Assembly (NCBI GenBank): GCA_004022145.1
Contig: RCNU01000004.1
Reading direction: 5' to 3' (one strand)
Length of the DNA stretch: 64,000 nt
Source of the DNA: Paecilomyces variotii
Taxonomy: Eukaryota
In this document: one piece after another, positions 38,521 to 51,924 of the stretch
Position numbering within the stretch: position 1 is the first letter of the stretch
Layout: the number at the start of each line of letters is the position of its first letter
Notes under the pieces: generated by a model
What the model was told of the DNA's origin: nothing
Database searches by the model: none
The model's input: only the letters and a program-made list of their open reading frames with translations
Made by a program: the position numbers and the translations under genes

Positions 38521-39719
38521 TGCCACAACGAAAAAAACCAAGTACAGTATTCAGTAATTCACACAATATAGAATCTCTGAAGGCGACTGTCGTGATAAAA
38601 TGAAGTTACTTGACCGATACACCGAAACGACCTGTGTGCTGACCGCAAGGCCATGAACCACCTCAACATGGTGCACAGCCCCTCGCATCAGCCTTGTATG
38701 TTGGTGAGGCATGTCCAGCGCATCGTTTCGCTTTCTCGGCGATATGGTCTAATCGTTTGGATTCATTGGTGGATGAACTTGCGGCACAGTCGAATTAATA
38801 TAGACCGGGCGCTAAGCACAACATCGCGCTTTATGAATTTCCAGTAGGAATATATTGTATATGGAAAAGCGAAAAGAATATGTAGAGCCTTTCGATTTTG
38901 TATACGATTGTTAGGTTCTCCCATAGTATGTCAGGTGAAGTGCGATTATCTCGAGTCTGGTCATGTAAGAGTGCAGATGTTAGTAGATATATGAACCCTC
39001 GCGTAAATAGGTCTAAACTAGGTACTTAGCTTTCGCAGAATTATTCCTGTATGAATTTTCAATCTGATTCTGACTTTATCTTCAGTGTTTGGCGATCAGT
39101 ATTGCCCACTTTGTCCCATCCACACAACCGCGTAACTGTCTGACCCTGACGAGTCATCACTAATAAGCTCGAACTTCAAGAGGGCTAGTTAAAATTGAGC
39201 TTGTTCGATTCCTGTCGACAATCGAAATGAATACTTGAACTTCATTCATAGTTGGAGATCCACACGCTCAGTTTTATCCACTCTCGCCAGATCGGGAATG
39301 GTTTACGGACAGGAAGGTCCGTTTTGGGAAAAGCCGTTGCACTCTAAAGCGAGTCAGGACTATACCATTATTATTGCTAAGGGATAGCGAATGCTGTTGC
39401 TTCAGACCTAGATCCACACAGTCAATGTCGGCAGGATGATAAGTTCGAGAATAGTTTACGAGAGTGGCTATGCTATCAGGATTCGATTTCAAATGGCAAT
39501 CCGGGGCTTCAAAAGCCTTCATTTTCGCTCATCTGTACCATGGAGAAGACAATTCCTGTCGACATTACCCCCGTCAGTTGATCAGCATATGCTCTGGAAG
39601 AGATACATCACTTCTTTTGTTGGAAAAAATATTTCCGTACTCAGATCTGCTGTCGTCCGAGCCTCTGTGGCACTCCTCTCTTCATTAAAACGACCGACCA
39701 CAATAGGTATCATCCCATC

Positions 39720-40768
39720 ATGCCTCAAAAATTTCGAGAATATGCGTACGATCCATCGGCTGGCGCAGCTATTGTCGCCATAGTATGTTTCTGTTTAACA
39801 AGCGCTCTTCACACTTGGCAGCTTGCACGAACCCGCAGTTGGTCATTTATACCCCTGACGATAGGAGGATATTGTAAGTAGAAAACACTTGGCATCTGAT
39901 TCCGACCACAATCACCATAAGTTAACAACGACACCTTCGCTCGCACAGTGGAAATAATCGGATACGCCTGTCGACTCGTGGCATCTTACCAGAGTCCCAA
40001 TTTCACCAGATCTCCCTTCATCGTCGAAACGGTACTTATCCTGGTCGCTCCCGCTTTCTTCTCCGCCAGTATATACATGCTCCTTGGTCGAATTATACGG
40101 ATAGTAGACGGAGAGTCCAGGTCTATAATTAGTCGGAGATGGTTAACAAAGATTTTCGTTCTCGGCGATGTTATCTCATTGTTCCTGCAGGCTATAGGTA
40201 AGTAAATGTCTTCCCAAGAGTCTTAAAATTAAGAACAATCTAACATACAATCCTCTCCAAAACAGGCGGCGTATTAATCACCCAGAAAGACGCCGACAAG
40301 ATCGACCACGGCAAAAAGATCGTTGATGCCGGCTTGTTCACCCAAATTGCCTCCTTTGGCTTTTTCGTCGTCACGGCCACAGCGTTCCACATACGCCTTA
40401 CACTAAACCCCACCGCAGCATCTCTTACCAAGAATAACCCCTGGCGCAAACATCTCTACGCGCTTTACGTCACCAGTATCCTCATCTTGGTTCGATGTAT
40501 AGTGCGCGTCGTCGAGTATTTGCAAGGAGTGTCGGGTTATATCATGACGCATGAGGTCTTCATATATGTTTTTGATTTCCTTTTAATGTTCATCGTCATG
40601 GTGATCTTTAATATTATCCATCCCAGCGAGATCTATGCTATTTTGCGCGGCGGTGGGAAGGTGTCGAAGTATTGCCGGACGAAACAATATGATATTGCGA
40701 TGTTGGAGCGACGGGAGCTGGAAACGGTGGAAACAGGACAGGCTTGGGAAAGCAATGCTTTGCGATGA
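39720..40768 (+). CDS. RTA1-like (lipid-translocating exporter family) 7-TM protein, 3 exons
   Basis: ATG 39720 gives MPQKFREYAYDPSAGAA...IPLTIGGY then an intron. Also EIIGYACR, ILVAPAFFSASIYMLLGRII, TKIFVLGDVISLFLQ, LILVRCIVRVVEY and HEVFIYVFD. Confidence 0.9.
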
Positions 40769-43467
40769 AGAGGTCATGGACTGTATCAATATAATCCTCT
40801 TTCTGATATAAAAGGATATATTCCTTGGATTCATATATAGGGGAAAATGTCGATCAGCTAGCCAACATATCATCATACTGGGTATAATCTCCAACGAGTG
40901 AACGCTCCATTAATTGGCCACGTTGCTCCCTTTCTAGTTACATGTAATAATCTAGAAAGACCACCTTCTCTTGTAGTCTATCCTTTCTAAGCCGCTTTTC
41001 TCTTCATCTTTTATCCAACATAGGTACCTTTTGACGTCGAGTTTCTTCGCTTTTCTATCTATGTACATCGCTTGACCCTTTTCTTATATTTATTTAACCT
41101 TCAGAGTGCCCATCTTCCGCGTTCAATAACTATCTATCCACATCCTCTCGTATTACTTGCCTTTTCCACGTCTTAAGGCGGTCAAGAGGGAAACAAAAAA
41201 AAAAGAAAAAGAAAAGAAGCAATCGGAATATAACCCCGATGAAAACACCCCAGCAAAATCACTATAACCTATCGGTAAATATATCATATCAAATGAAAAA
41301 GAGATCCTCCGTGCCTGATAGATCACACACAGATCTATTAATCCACAAAACTCATAGACGTCCTGATTCGAGAATTTTATCTTCGACTTCTTCTTTTGAA
41401 CTTGCTATCTGCATGCAAGGGGGAAGGATTGCATTATGCATATCTAATCTATTCGTATCGGACCGATGTTGGTTTGGTATGATTCAATTTGATTGGACAA
41501 CCTGCGTGAGTCGGTGAGAAGGAGTTGATTATACTGGTCGGTGGGCGCGGGCACGGGCATTGAACTAATAGTACCTAACTAGCTCGCGTTTGTTACTTAT
41601 CTAGGTAGTTTTATTGAGGGTTGGGATGTGCTGTATAATGTAAGGTTTCGTGTTGGTGTGGGTTCTTATAATAGATTCTTTAGATAAGGGGAAGTCATAG
41701 TTTGGGGGCGGATTTGTTGATATTTATCTTTTATTTTTTATTTTTCTGTGTGTATTTCTCGTCGTGAGTGGCAGGGATTTATGTTGTAGCTGCATTTACT
41801 ACGTCTGTGCAGATCTTATATATCGAGAATAGGGAATCATGAAACCGTGTTCTGTGACATATTGATAGGGATTTGAGTTTGAAATTCTACTGCATGTCCG
41901 CTCTACAACCTTCCACTACCCGATTGTTGTTGAGCTAGGTTTCTTCACTGCTGCCAGGTGATCTGAGAGCCGAGGAGGCTGATATGTTCTGGAGCCTGCA
42001 GAGCGCCATTGATACCGCGACTGGTGCCACAGATTGTCTGCCTTGTGCGGGTAACGACTGCCTCGAAGGATGTATACATATGATATATCCATCCAGTCCT
42101 GAAACAATGATATGGGGATGGACCCTCCGCCTGACCTCACCCTCAGGTGTGCTAGGGTTAAACTGTGGCCAAAAAGGATCGTGCGGGCTGATGATTGCCT
42201 TGAACTGGACGATCTGGATACTGGGACTCGTTATGAAAGACGGAAAGCCCGAGATGCTTGAAAGCACCTGATCGGTTGCCTTCTCTGCACGCCGACTGTT
42301 CGACAAATATCATGTCATGATGCATCTACCCGGTGAGAGGATCAAGTCTCTTGACGCATCAACCCGAAGTTGCGTGACACGCCCCAGGGAGCCTGGGCGT
42401 CTCTCACAGGGAAGGTTCTGTCATACAGCGGCGTTTTCGACCTCGTCACATTGCTGTCTCGTACAGAACCGTCATTTCAGGAACACGATGGTCACGTAAG
42501 GGTCTGAAATACTCATATTTCAAATGAGAAATTTGCACTTGGGGGTTTGAGACGGCTCCCTGGCCATTGTTTCGATTGGGATCAGATGGTAATGGTGTAT
42601 GATATAATCGGCTGATATGATGATTCGATAGCAGAAGCCCACTCACTCGAGACCCAGGAATTCAATCATACCAAACGCAAGGATAGATATGCTTTAACCT
42701 ACTGTAGATAATAGCTTGCGGTGTTTAGCATCGCATTGAACATAAAGACTCGATGATATCTCATTAGGAACGTAGCAGAACGAGCTCACTAGGCCACCCT
42801 GGACGTGCATGGTACAGACACAAGACTGGTCGCTTGCGACAATGGCACTTCAGAGTCCGGTAGATAGAAGTCATCTCTGTTGTGAATGCTGGGATGTCGA
42901 TAAGTCATGTAAGTCAGGATCCAGATTCAAGATCAGCCCACTCAGTAAGTTCAGTGGCTCCCGTGACTAAATTTAGCTGCCGTGGAGACTGCTCAGCGAT
43001 GTTTCTTTCAAGTGCACCTCCTGAGGTCCAGAAGAGACAATCTTATCGATAATAATAAATATACTGACGCTGAGAAATGGATTATTCCATCCAAGACATG
43101 TTGTTACTCGAGATGTGGAACGGCTGGCAAGCTAGAACTGTTCCTGAATTCTCGGGACGTTGATAGTACTACTAGCTCCAGCTGGCCAACGCCAAGCCTC
43201 GTAAGCGTCCCGGATAAGGACAAGCTGGCGCTTTCGGCCTGCGATTTCATACAAAGATAGTTACAATAATTCCGAGCGAAGCGCTCTAACGCGCGTCTTT
43301 GTCTAATATTTTTATCAACTGTCTGCAGCCGGATGGTGGACATCTTCATCTCCATTATGCGCATGGCTGGTCCGGTGATTGGTTCCCTATCATCGAGCAA
43401 TTGAGCTCCTCCGGCTTCCCTTCGCGATTGTTGCAACTGCGCCGGCTGCGACACCGCATCATTGACA

Positions 43468-44810
43468 ATGGCGGAAACCTGGAGCAGCGTTTGCCTGCAC
43501 TGCGTCGACCTTGTCCGCAGCGCTCCCATTTATATTACACTTGGCAGTCTACTGGCGAGCACCGTGGGTGTGTTCGTACTGGTTAGTCTCTTACTGCGAG
43601 GTCTATCAATCCAGATGCTGACAAGAAGCAAATTAGCTCTACATCTTCCTCTATACCGTCGCTCCCGAACCTCGAAAACCGTTCCCAGAGGAGAAGAAAT
43701 ATAGGGCATTGGCCAAAGATGGATCGATTACGGGGCCTCAATCACTACCCTGCTGGCAGGATGCTTTGGACGCCGGACGCCGGAGCAAGATAGACGGTCT
43801 TGCCATGGAGAAGGCAGATCTGTTCATGTCGGTAGTGGTCCCTGCATATAACGAGGAAGAACGACTGGGAGGCATGCTGGAAGAAGCGGTGAATTTCCTG
43901 GAGCATAGTTATGGCGCGCTGGCCGAGCAGAATGGACGCTTGGCCCAAACGAAGGTCCGACAGCGCAAAGGCCAAACAAATGGACATGCAACCCAAGCCG
44001 GGCCAGTCAAGGGATGGGAGATATTAATCGTCTCTGACGGCTCGACGGACCGGACGGAGGAGACGGCGTTCGCGTTTGCGCGCGACCATCAACTTTCCCC
44101 GCATCCCAAGGGTTACGCCGGTCCCTGGACACCCCACCGTCATGAGGGCGTCCATATCCCCCCAGGTACCATCCGTGTGGTCTCTCTGACAAAAAATCGC
44201 GGAAAGGGCGGTGCAGTGACCCACGGGATGCGTCATGTCCGCGGGCAATACGTTGTCTTTGCTGATGCCGACGGAGCTAGCAAGTTCGATGACCTGGAGA
44301 AGCTGGTGACTGCTTGCCAGGATATCGAGGATGTGGAAGGACGTGCCGTTGCCGTTGGGTCGCGAGCACATATGGTCGGCAGTGAAGCTGTCGTCAAGGT
44401 ACGCTGAACCCCCTCAACTGCCGGCTGCCAGGCTTTTAAGACAGGAAGATCCTAACTAGCAGCAGCGCTCGAAGCTACGGAATTTCCTGATGCATTCTTT
44501 CCACTTGATCTTGTGGCTCCTTACCCCGCCCAAGACGGCCATGATCAAGGACACCCAATGCGGGTTCAAGCTGTTTTCCCGCGCGACACTGCCGTACATC
44601 ATCCCCTATATGCATTCAGAAGGCTGGATCTTCGACGTGGAGATGCTGATGCTTGCCGAATTCGCCAATATCCCCGTTGCGGAGGTCCCCGTGGGATGGC
44701 GCGAGGTCAAAGGCAGCAAGCTCAATGTGATCTGGGACAGTCTTGGGATGGCCTGGGGTCTGGCCGTGCTGCGGGCTGCATGGGGGTTGGGGGTGTATAG
44801 GACGACGTGA
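43468..44810 (+). CDS. ALG5: Dolichyl-phosphate beta-glucosyltransferase (GT2)
   Basis: N-terminal TM segment, SVVVPAYNEEERL, NRGKGGAVTHGM, FADADGASKF, GSRAHM, IKDTQCGFKLFSR and GWIFDVEML. Confidence 0.93.
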
Positions 44811-46137
44811 ATGATGATACATAAGTAGGGGATCATCATTTCCTAATCAAAAACAAATCAATGGGCACATGTTCAAGTAGACTGCAGATTCGTCTTTTCC
44901 CCGGGAAGATCGACGTCTTGTCGTCTGGGGAAGCTGTTTCAGACCCATTTCCCACCGCAGTATTCCCGTAACGGCGTAAACAGGCCCGGCCGCGGAATCC
45001 TCTTCATTCTCAGTCACTTTCTGTCTCAATTCTGGCGTAGTGCGTATTGACAAGATGCGGTGAGCGCGAATCCACCGTCCACCTGGCTGTCAAGGACAAT
45101 GAACTCCCGAGGCTTCCGGCATTACGCTGCATCCGGGACGTTCTACCTGCGTGGAAAGAGACCATTCGCCATGGAGGATGCTTATACTTTTTTTTGTTTC
45201 TTTCTCACGACACAAGGGGTTGTCAGAGTGTCGTAGTCATACGTATCACTGTTGATCCATGTTCAAGATCCAGATAGCGCGACAGACGCGACGGGTCTGA
45301 CCCGATCACAGCGGGCCGAAAGGGCTGGGCCGTTCCAAATGCCGATGACTTTGCGGCCTCGGCATTTTATTTTAGTTTTTTTCAGCAAAATTACGGTTTT
45401 TGGTCTTGATTATTTTCCCAACAGTGAACATTCCGTCCATGGAATGGTTCCCAACCCGAGGACCGGATATGAACCCGACGGAAGTGAGTAGAGCTTTTTT
45501 TTTTATACTCCCGGGAGGCGATGGGTCCCGGTGGAGTCCAGCCTTATAGTGTCTATGGCAAAAGATTGTACAGTACAATCTCTGTTGTTTCTGTTAATGT
45601 TGTCTCCGCTCAGCGCCATGGAAGTACTGTGATAATACTAGATCTAACTTATGTTTTATGACTTATCCGGCAGAGTTTTGATGCCAAACGGTGGATCATC
45701 CAGGGTGTCAGCTCAGCTCAGGGCTATGCAACTAATAATAGCTAACTAAATGGCTGGCCCGATGCATATTAATTATCTATCTATTGAAACTGGCTTTTGA
45801 AACTCTCGGCCAGCCCCCGGGAGGCAGACCACCGGGCCCGGCATACTCCGATCATCGCTACTTGTTCGCTGATCGGATGCTATGCCAATCAGTCCCTGAT
45901 GCGCCCCCCGAAAGTAGAAAAACTTTGCCTCTGCTCCCTTTTTCTCTGCTCTTCTCTTTTTTTGCTGCTTAATGATGTCGTGATTTTTAATATCCCAGAA
46001 ATAATATCCCCCCAAGGCAAAAGTAGCCGACTTGACTGTCTGTCCTGTTGGTTGGAGCTCGTGTGGGCTTGCTTGAGCTTAGCTGAGCTACTACTACTTC
46101 CATACTCATATATATATATACACTTTAATCGCCAAAC

Positions 46138-46872
46138 ATGATGAACCCTCTACCCATCCCAGAGCCTGGAGCTCGGGGTGCACCCTTGAAGAAGGCGAAT
46201 CTCCTACGACTACCCGCGGAGCTGCGTCTGAAGATCTACGAATATGCCCTGGCGGTCCCGAACGAGTATATGGACCAACCCTTGATTGTGGTCAATGATC
46301 GCGGCAATACCTTCACGTCGCGCGGCCGATATCGAGCGCTCAGCATGTGCCCCAGCTGGGTTGGAGAGGATGGCACTGCGCGCAAGCTGCTATCCGTCAA
46401 CCGACAGATCCACGACGAAGCGGAGGACCTCCTCTACTCGCGATACACCTTTTTCTTCCTCAATTCCTTCAACCTCGAGCGCGCCGGCGAGTTCCTCGAC
46501 ACCCTGAGCGCAACCGCGCGCAGTCGCATCCGCAGCGTCGGCTTCGAGATCTTCTTCTTCGTCCACACCCAGACCGGCGTACCGAAGCGGACACTGAGAC
46601 TATACGAGCAGGTTGGGCGCGAGATGATGAAGCGACTTCCGTCGTGGAAGAGTGTGGTCTTCTACCTGGATCCGCGGTTCTACTTCCCATCGGCCACGGT
46701 GGGTGGACGCGAACTCTCTGCGCGAGGTGTCCTCTACCTTGCAACAATCTTTGGAGCGATGGGCAAGGAAGTCCAGTTTCATCCTGTGCAGGCCATGCAT
46801 CGACATGTCCTCGAGGAAGCAGAGAGGATTGTGCGCAGAGGTAGTCGTTCACAGGACCGCCCATCTCTGTAA
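46138..46872 (+). CDS. Hypothetical fungal protein with an F-box-like N-terminal motif
   Basis: LLRLPAELRLKIYEYAL and LLSVNRQIHDEAEDLLYSRYTF motifs. 244-aa ORF with coding-like codon use. Confidence 0.72.
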   Translation: MMNPLPIPEPGARGAPLKKANLLRLPAELRLKIYEYALAVPNEYMDQPLIVVNDRGNTFTSRGRYRALSMCPSWVGEDGTARKLLSVNRQIHDEAEDLLYSRYTFFFLNSFNLERAGEFLDTLSATARSRIRSVGFEIFFFVHTQTGVPKRTLRLYEQVGREMMKRLPSWKSVVFYLDPRFYFPSATVGGRELSARGVLYLATIFGAMGKEVQFHPVQAMHRHVLEEAERIVRRGSRSQDRPSL

Positions 46873-48294
46873 GGGCCGCTTTCGCAGATCCTCATGTTAT
46901 TTACGACTACCACACATCCTCTCGGGTTCATCGCCAACCTCCCCACTCCCCCTCCCATCTCTTGAAAGACTGCTGCGCATTGCCAGAAACGACCTATGCG
47001 GGGATAATAATTACCTGCTATATCCTATCCTATACTATACCGACCGATAGCTAGGGAAAGCTATCGGGATGCATGATGACGTTGCGTTGGTTTCGGGTTG
47101 CATTCGGATTTTTGCGCGTTTACAAGGGTCCATTTATTCCACTCTGTCGGGCGATTTTATTTTTTCTTTCTGGAACGGATATTATATTATATTATATGAT
47201 TCTATTCTGTATTAGACGGATAGGGCGTTGTTTGTTTGTTTGGATGATGACTTGACGGAACCTAGAGATGTATGTAGTTAACTAATGTACTGTACGATAA
47301 TCAATAATGACTCAATATATATCCAATACCGATCTGTGTCTTCTGTTGCAAGTATAGATAGATGTGATGTAGCTTTGGCTAATGTCTGTCGCGCAGGAAT
47401 CAACGGCAGAGAAGAGCAAAAAGTTGTGCTGATCGAGCATCACAACCTTGCTCGTCGACGTCATCGGACTGAAGTCTCTCGTGTGATCGTCCAAAAGGAA
47501 TCGTTCGTCGCATCTTGTACTTAAATATCTATGGTATAATATGATATAACTACCTGCCAGTATGACCCTTCCCTTTGTTCACTTGTTTCCTATTTTCCTC
47601 GACTGGCTCCAGATTGTTGCGTTTTTGCATTCACTGAGCCGCTCATTCTCTACCTCGGCGGTTTGTGCCTGGGGAAAGGAAAAACAACTCCAAACCAGCG
47701 ATCTTCGGCCGTCAGCATCATTGGCCGTTAATTAAGTTAGTTAACATCGCCTTCACTCACTTCCCCGCACGGGGGGCGCCCGCTATCCGTCAACGGGGGG
47801 CTCCATCAGCCTGGGTTTGTCTGTTTGAAAAAGGCCCTTGTCCCCTGTTTGTTCCTCCGCTTACATTTGCAATAGCTATAGCCTTACAGAGAGAGAAACA
47901 CCAGAAAAAAATCGATATGCGATAGCCCTGAATACAGCTGTGCATCTTGCCTGCGATCGCTGAGTTGCTCGCCACTAGCAATCTAGTCGCCTCGTGCATG
48001 CGGACAGTGTGCTGGAAACGCCCCAAGCGAGACCCCATCGACCCTACTACGTGGTTCTTGTCCCCGCTGTGCTGTTGTAAGCCCAGCAGATCCCATCATA
48101 TTGTCCATTTTTACGCTGCGCCAATATCGAACACTATTCTCGTTGGGGGCTGGTTGAAAAAGGACCAGAGGTGCTCTGCTCCATCCCCATAAGACTTCGC
48201 GCACACCGCCCGATGCCAGCGATTTATCGTCCTAGCATTCCGGACTGCAGTGCAGCAGCAGCAGCGGCTCTATAGTGTGGACTCGCAGCTAAAA

Positions 48295-49542
48295 ATGAAG
48301 ACCGCAATGACAACCAAGAAGCTGAATGGACACGGAAGCCTCTACAAGGAGGTCCGGTTTTCACCGTCCACGACTCCGATCCCGATTCGTCGTACCCGGT
48401 CCGTACCTGCTGGCAGTCAGAGTGGCAGAGCCCCCGATGTGGACTTATACAGTCAGTTCCAAATATATGTCGACCAAGCGAGGGCGCTGCTCGATAAACA
48501 GAGGGCCAGCTTTGATCGCGAGAGGGAGACATTCGAGGAGGAGAGGAAATTATGGGATCGAGAGAGAGAATTGTTAAAGGCGCGAATCGCAGAGCTGGAA
48601 TCTGCCATACAAGGTCGAACGGACAGATTCAATAATGTCTCCGCCACCGCGTCTTTCACGTCCAGCGTCAAATGGAAGCAGGTCTCGTTTGCTTCTCAAG
48701 CACCCCATGTGGAACTGTCCAGAGATTACCACGTATGGGAGGGCTCCATCAAGTCGCCGAAGCCGACGAGAGTCTTCGCAGAGGAAAGCAAGAAACCAGA
48801 CCAGCTAGGACCAATCGAGGGGAACGGGATCGGAGCTGCACCGTCTCTGGATGCTGCCTTATCTCCTTTGTCTCGAGCTGCTGATGCATCTGCAGGGCCC
48901 AGTGTGTCGGTACCGATCGAGAAGCTCGACAGTACGCTGGATGGTATCACTCTCAAATCTACCGGTCTCCCACCAAATGTCGTTGCAAAAGTCATGACAC
49001 CACCATCTGCGTCACCCTCAGGAGGGTCGGGCTCTGATGACGCCGGTGCAGACACTCAACGCGCGAGTCCGGAGCGAAGAAAGAGCCTTATTCTCAATCT
49101 ATCTGAATTAGGACCTCCGGATGTGAATCTGAAGCGAGACGCCGGCCATACACCGATGGTCGTTCTCAAGACAGATCCAGACCCTCCTGATGAAGCGACC
49201 GATGAGACGACTTATGAGATAACTGATGAAAATCCCCTCGAACCAGTGACGACGCTACAACCAGCAGAGTGCTCCGATTCCTATTTCCCGGACGTCAAAG
49301 ACGTCACGGATGACCCGGCCCTGAAGGGCCCACTCTCCTTGCAAAACAATGAAAGTAAGGATAATAGTTTCCTCGAAGAACTCGACCAGAAACTTTTAGA
49401 CGAGGCAAGGAAACTGTTCTCTAACCGTCCAAGCATCTCAGAAGACGACGCAGAGTCCTCCACGCATGGTCAAGGCGAACCCGAGCCAGAACTGAAGTTG
49501 AGGAGCACCACCAACTTTGGCACGGCATTCGGAGCTTTCTAA
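48295..49542 (+). CDS. Hypothetical protein with an N-terminal coiled coil and low-complexity remainder
   Basis: Open frame over 400 codons. Coiled coil RASFDRERETFEEERKLWDRERELLKARIAELE. Conserved-looking DAGHTP, DDPALKGPLSL and TNFGTAFG motifs. Confidence 0.75.
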   Translation: MKTAMTTKKLNGHGSLYKEVRFSPSTTPIPIRRTRSVPAGSQSGRAPDVDLYSQFQIYVDQARALLDKQRASFDRERETFEEERKLWDRERELLKARIAELESAIQGRTDRFNNVSATASFTSSVKWKQVSFASQAPHVELSRDYHVWEGSIKSPKPTRVFAEESKKPDQLGPIEGNGIGAAPSLDAALSPLSRAADASAGPSVSVPIEKLDSTLDGITLKSTGLPPNVVAKVMTPPSASPSGGSGSDDAGADTQRASPERRKSLILNLSELGPPDVNLKRDAGHTPMVVLKTDPDPPDEATDETTYEITDENPLEPVTTLQPAECSDSYFPDVKDVTDDPALKGPLSLQNNESKDNSFLEELDQKLLDEARKLFSNRPSISEDDAESSTHGQGEPEPELKLRSTTNFGTAFGAF

Positions 49543-49862
49543 ATAAATGAATTGTAGAAGAAGAAAGGGTTCTGAATTGGATTCTGAACCTTTTTTTCTT
49601 TTTATGTCATTTTCATCACATTTATCTATCTATCTATCTACTGGCACATAAACCAACCTTCTTGGACCACAACTTTTTTTTTTTTCATTTCACTGACTAT
49701 GGGGTTGCTTTCCATTTACAACATGCGATGTTTTCTAAAAGATTTTGACAGATGGATGGATATTATTCTTCTGATGATCTTAGCATGATACCTGTTTTAT
49801 TTATGTATGTACCACGGCGGTAGTCCCAATACAACATTTCATTAAATAACGTTAAAATATTC

Positions 49863-49887
49863 GGGGGGGGGGGGGGGGGGGGGGGGG
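49863..49887 (+). repeat. G25 homopolymer between convergent genes
   Basis: 25 consecutive G. Confidence 0.9.
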
Positions 49888-50742
49888 AGATCTTACAGAA
49901 TAGAGAGTATCGCACTGCTAATTAATACTCAAGTGAAGTATAACATGAAATCTAAACTCGAAGCTTCAGAATTGCGATCTCAAACAATGCAGTCTTAGTT
50001 TATCGTAACTTATAACTAGATAGTTAAGCCTGTCGATTTGGGGGAACGCAACTCGTTTCTGCTCTTGGGATCCCTCCCTCCCGTTGTGGATGGAGAAAAT
50101 AAGAGTATCGCTTCTCTTTGGTAGTATTATTGATGATGACGATGACGATGATATTATGATGGACGCTCACATTAAGGTCGAAATCATGTCATAGTCATTG
50201 TCTATTCGTTATCTGCTTAAATCTGACTCCTCTCTCCCTTGCCTGGTCTCGAAAAGGTCGTCGTTCTTTTCAATCCATGTAACTATACTCTTCTGGGTGA
50301 AATTCAATTCAAATCTTCTTCCTTTGTGTATTCTTTTCTTCCGGTGCGATGCTTTAGACTCCTAAGGGGGAAAGAAAAAAAATATTACAAATTCACTATG
50401 TTTCGGCTATCTCTCGCATCTCTGGAAATAAGAGTACACTCGCCGCGCGCCTTGAAACGCCTATCATCTCGATCGTTATGTTCTAGATTATGACGGCTCT
50501 GGGTAAAAGTCAAAAGAAGAAACGACGCAACTGTTAAAGCGAAGAAACCTCGAGAACTCTTAAAGAATGTGTGTATCATGATCCCAAATCAGACAAATCC
50601 ATGTTGGGGGTCCTTCTACTTGCTTGCTTCTCCGCGTAGTCATGTGGACTGCGAACAGCGTGCTGGTGGCCCTGCATGAAATGCTCAGATTGCCGCCTCG
50701 AACTTGTTAAAATGGGTATTGTCAATCCCGAAGATTCCTCCA

Positions 50743-51924
50743 TCATACGCCCATCGTAAAGTCATGCTCGATGCCGGGCGTCACGCTGGCGATAAACTTG
50801 AGGAAGACAACAAGGTACTGGTCGACTCGGATGGCATTCTGCTGATCGTCGTCCTCGTGACCTTCGAGCACTTCCCACTCGTCACCACCGTTCCCGCCAG
50901 CAGCGGCGACACCAGCAGCATGACCGTCATTGGAAAGAGAGAGGCCCTTTGTGTCGTCCACTAGGCCCTCCAAGCCGCTATCTGCCTTGAGCTTTGACGC
51001 GTCTCCAGCGGACTGGGCCTCCTTAAGTTTCTGGCGGCGGATCCGGAGGGCGGCATCGGCACGATCGAGGAGAGTCTTCATGACGGAGGCGTGCTTGCAA
51101 GGGTGGACACTGGCCATCTTGACGCTACCTTCGAACCAGGGGAAGTCTTCGAGGGTGACGGTCTTGTCTTTGTAGTCACCGACAATGTCTTCCATCATCA
51201 AATGTGGAGGAAGAGGCTCGGAGGGCGAGAGGTAGCCCGATAGATAGAGTCGAGGAGTGCGATAGAAGTTGGAGTATGTGATGTAGAGAGTGTATGTTCG
51301 AAGAGGCCTGCATATTGGAGGTCGTTAGTAAAAACGGCCATATCAATCAGATAAAAAACGGATCTAGATGATGGGAATAGAGAGCTGCAGATATACTTAC
51401 GCAGTCGTGCTCGACTTGGCCGGCTCTCTGATAATAGCTTCCTCATCGTCATCCTCATCCTCCATATCCGGAATCTCCTCCTCTTCCTCCTCGCGCTCGC
51501 CCATATTTCCAGCCTCATCCACCGTCCGAACATCTCTCATCTTAGCTTCCTGACTGTCGGCAAGCTCCCTTCCTCCGCCAGTTCTCAACCAACCGTCCTC
51601 GTCACCGCCGGCTCCATCGCCCAACATATCCTTGATGATAACATCATCCTGACCGGCATCTCCCGCAAAGTTATCGTTTAGTCGGCGATGACACGGCACA
51701 CCGCGGGTGACAAGGAACTGCTTTCCAGGAGGCAGATAAGAGACGCGTTTGGCGGGAGTGGAGGCATCGGCCCAGGACCAGGACGGGAACTTGTAGACCA
51801 GATAGTCACCGGCCAGGACGAACTCCTCTGGCGTAATCTGACCAGTAGAGCGAAATGTGGATGTCCGTGAGACAGGCGCGAGGCGATCTCGCCAGGTGGA
51901 CAGCGTAGAGTGGAGGATGTTCAT
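50743..51924 (-). CDS. ATG3: Autophagy E2-like conjugating enzyme Atg3 (one intron near 51310-51400)
   Basis: [56 protein letters not shown], catalytic HPCKH and [26 protein letters not shown]. Confidence 0.96.
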
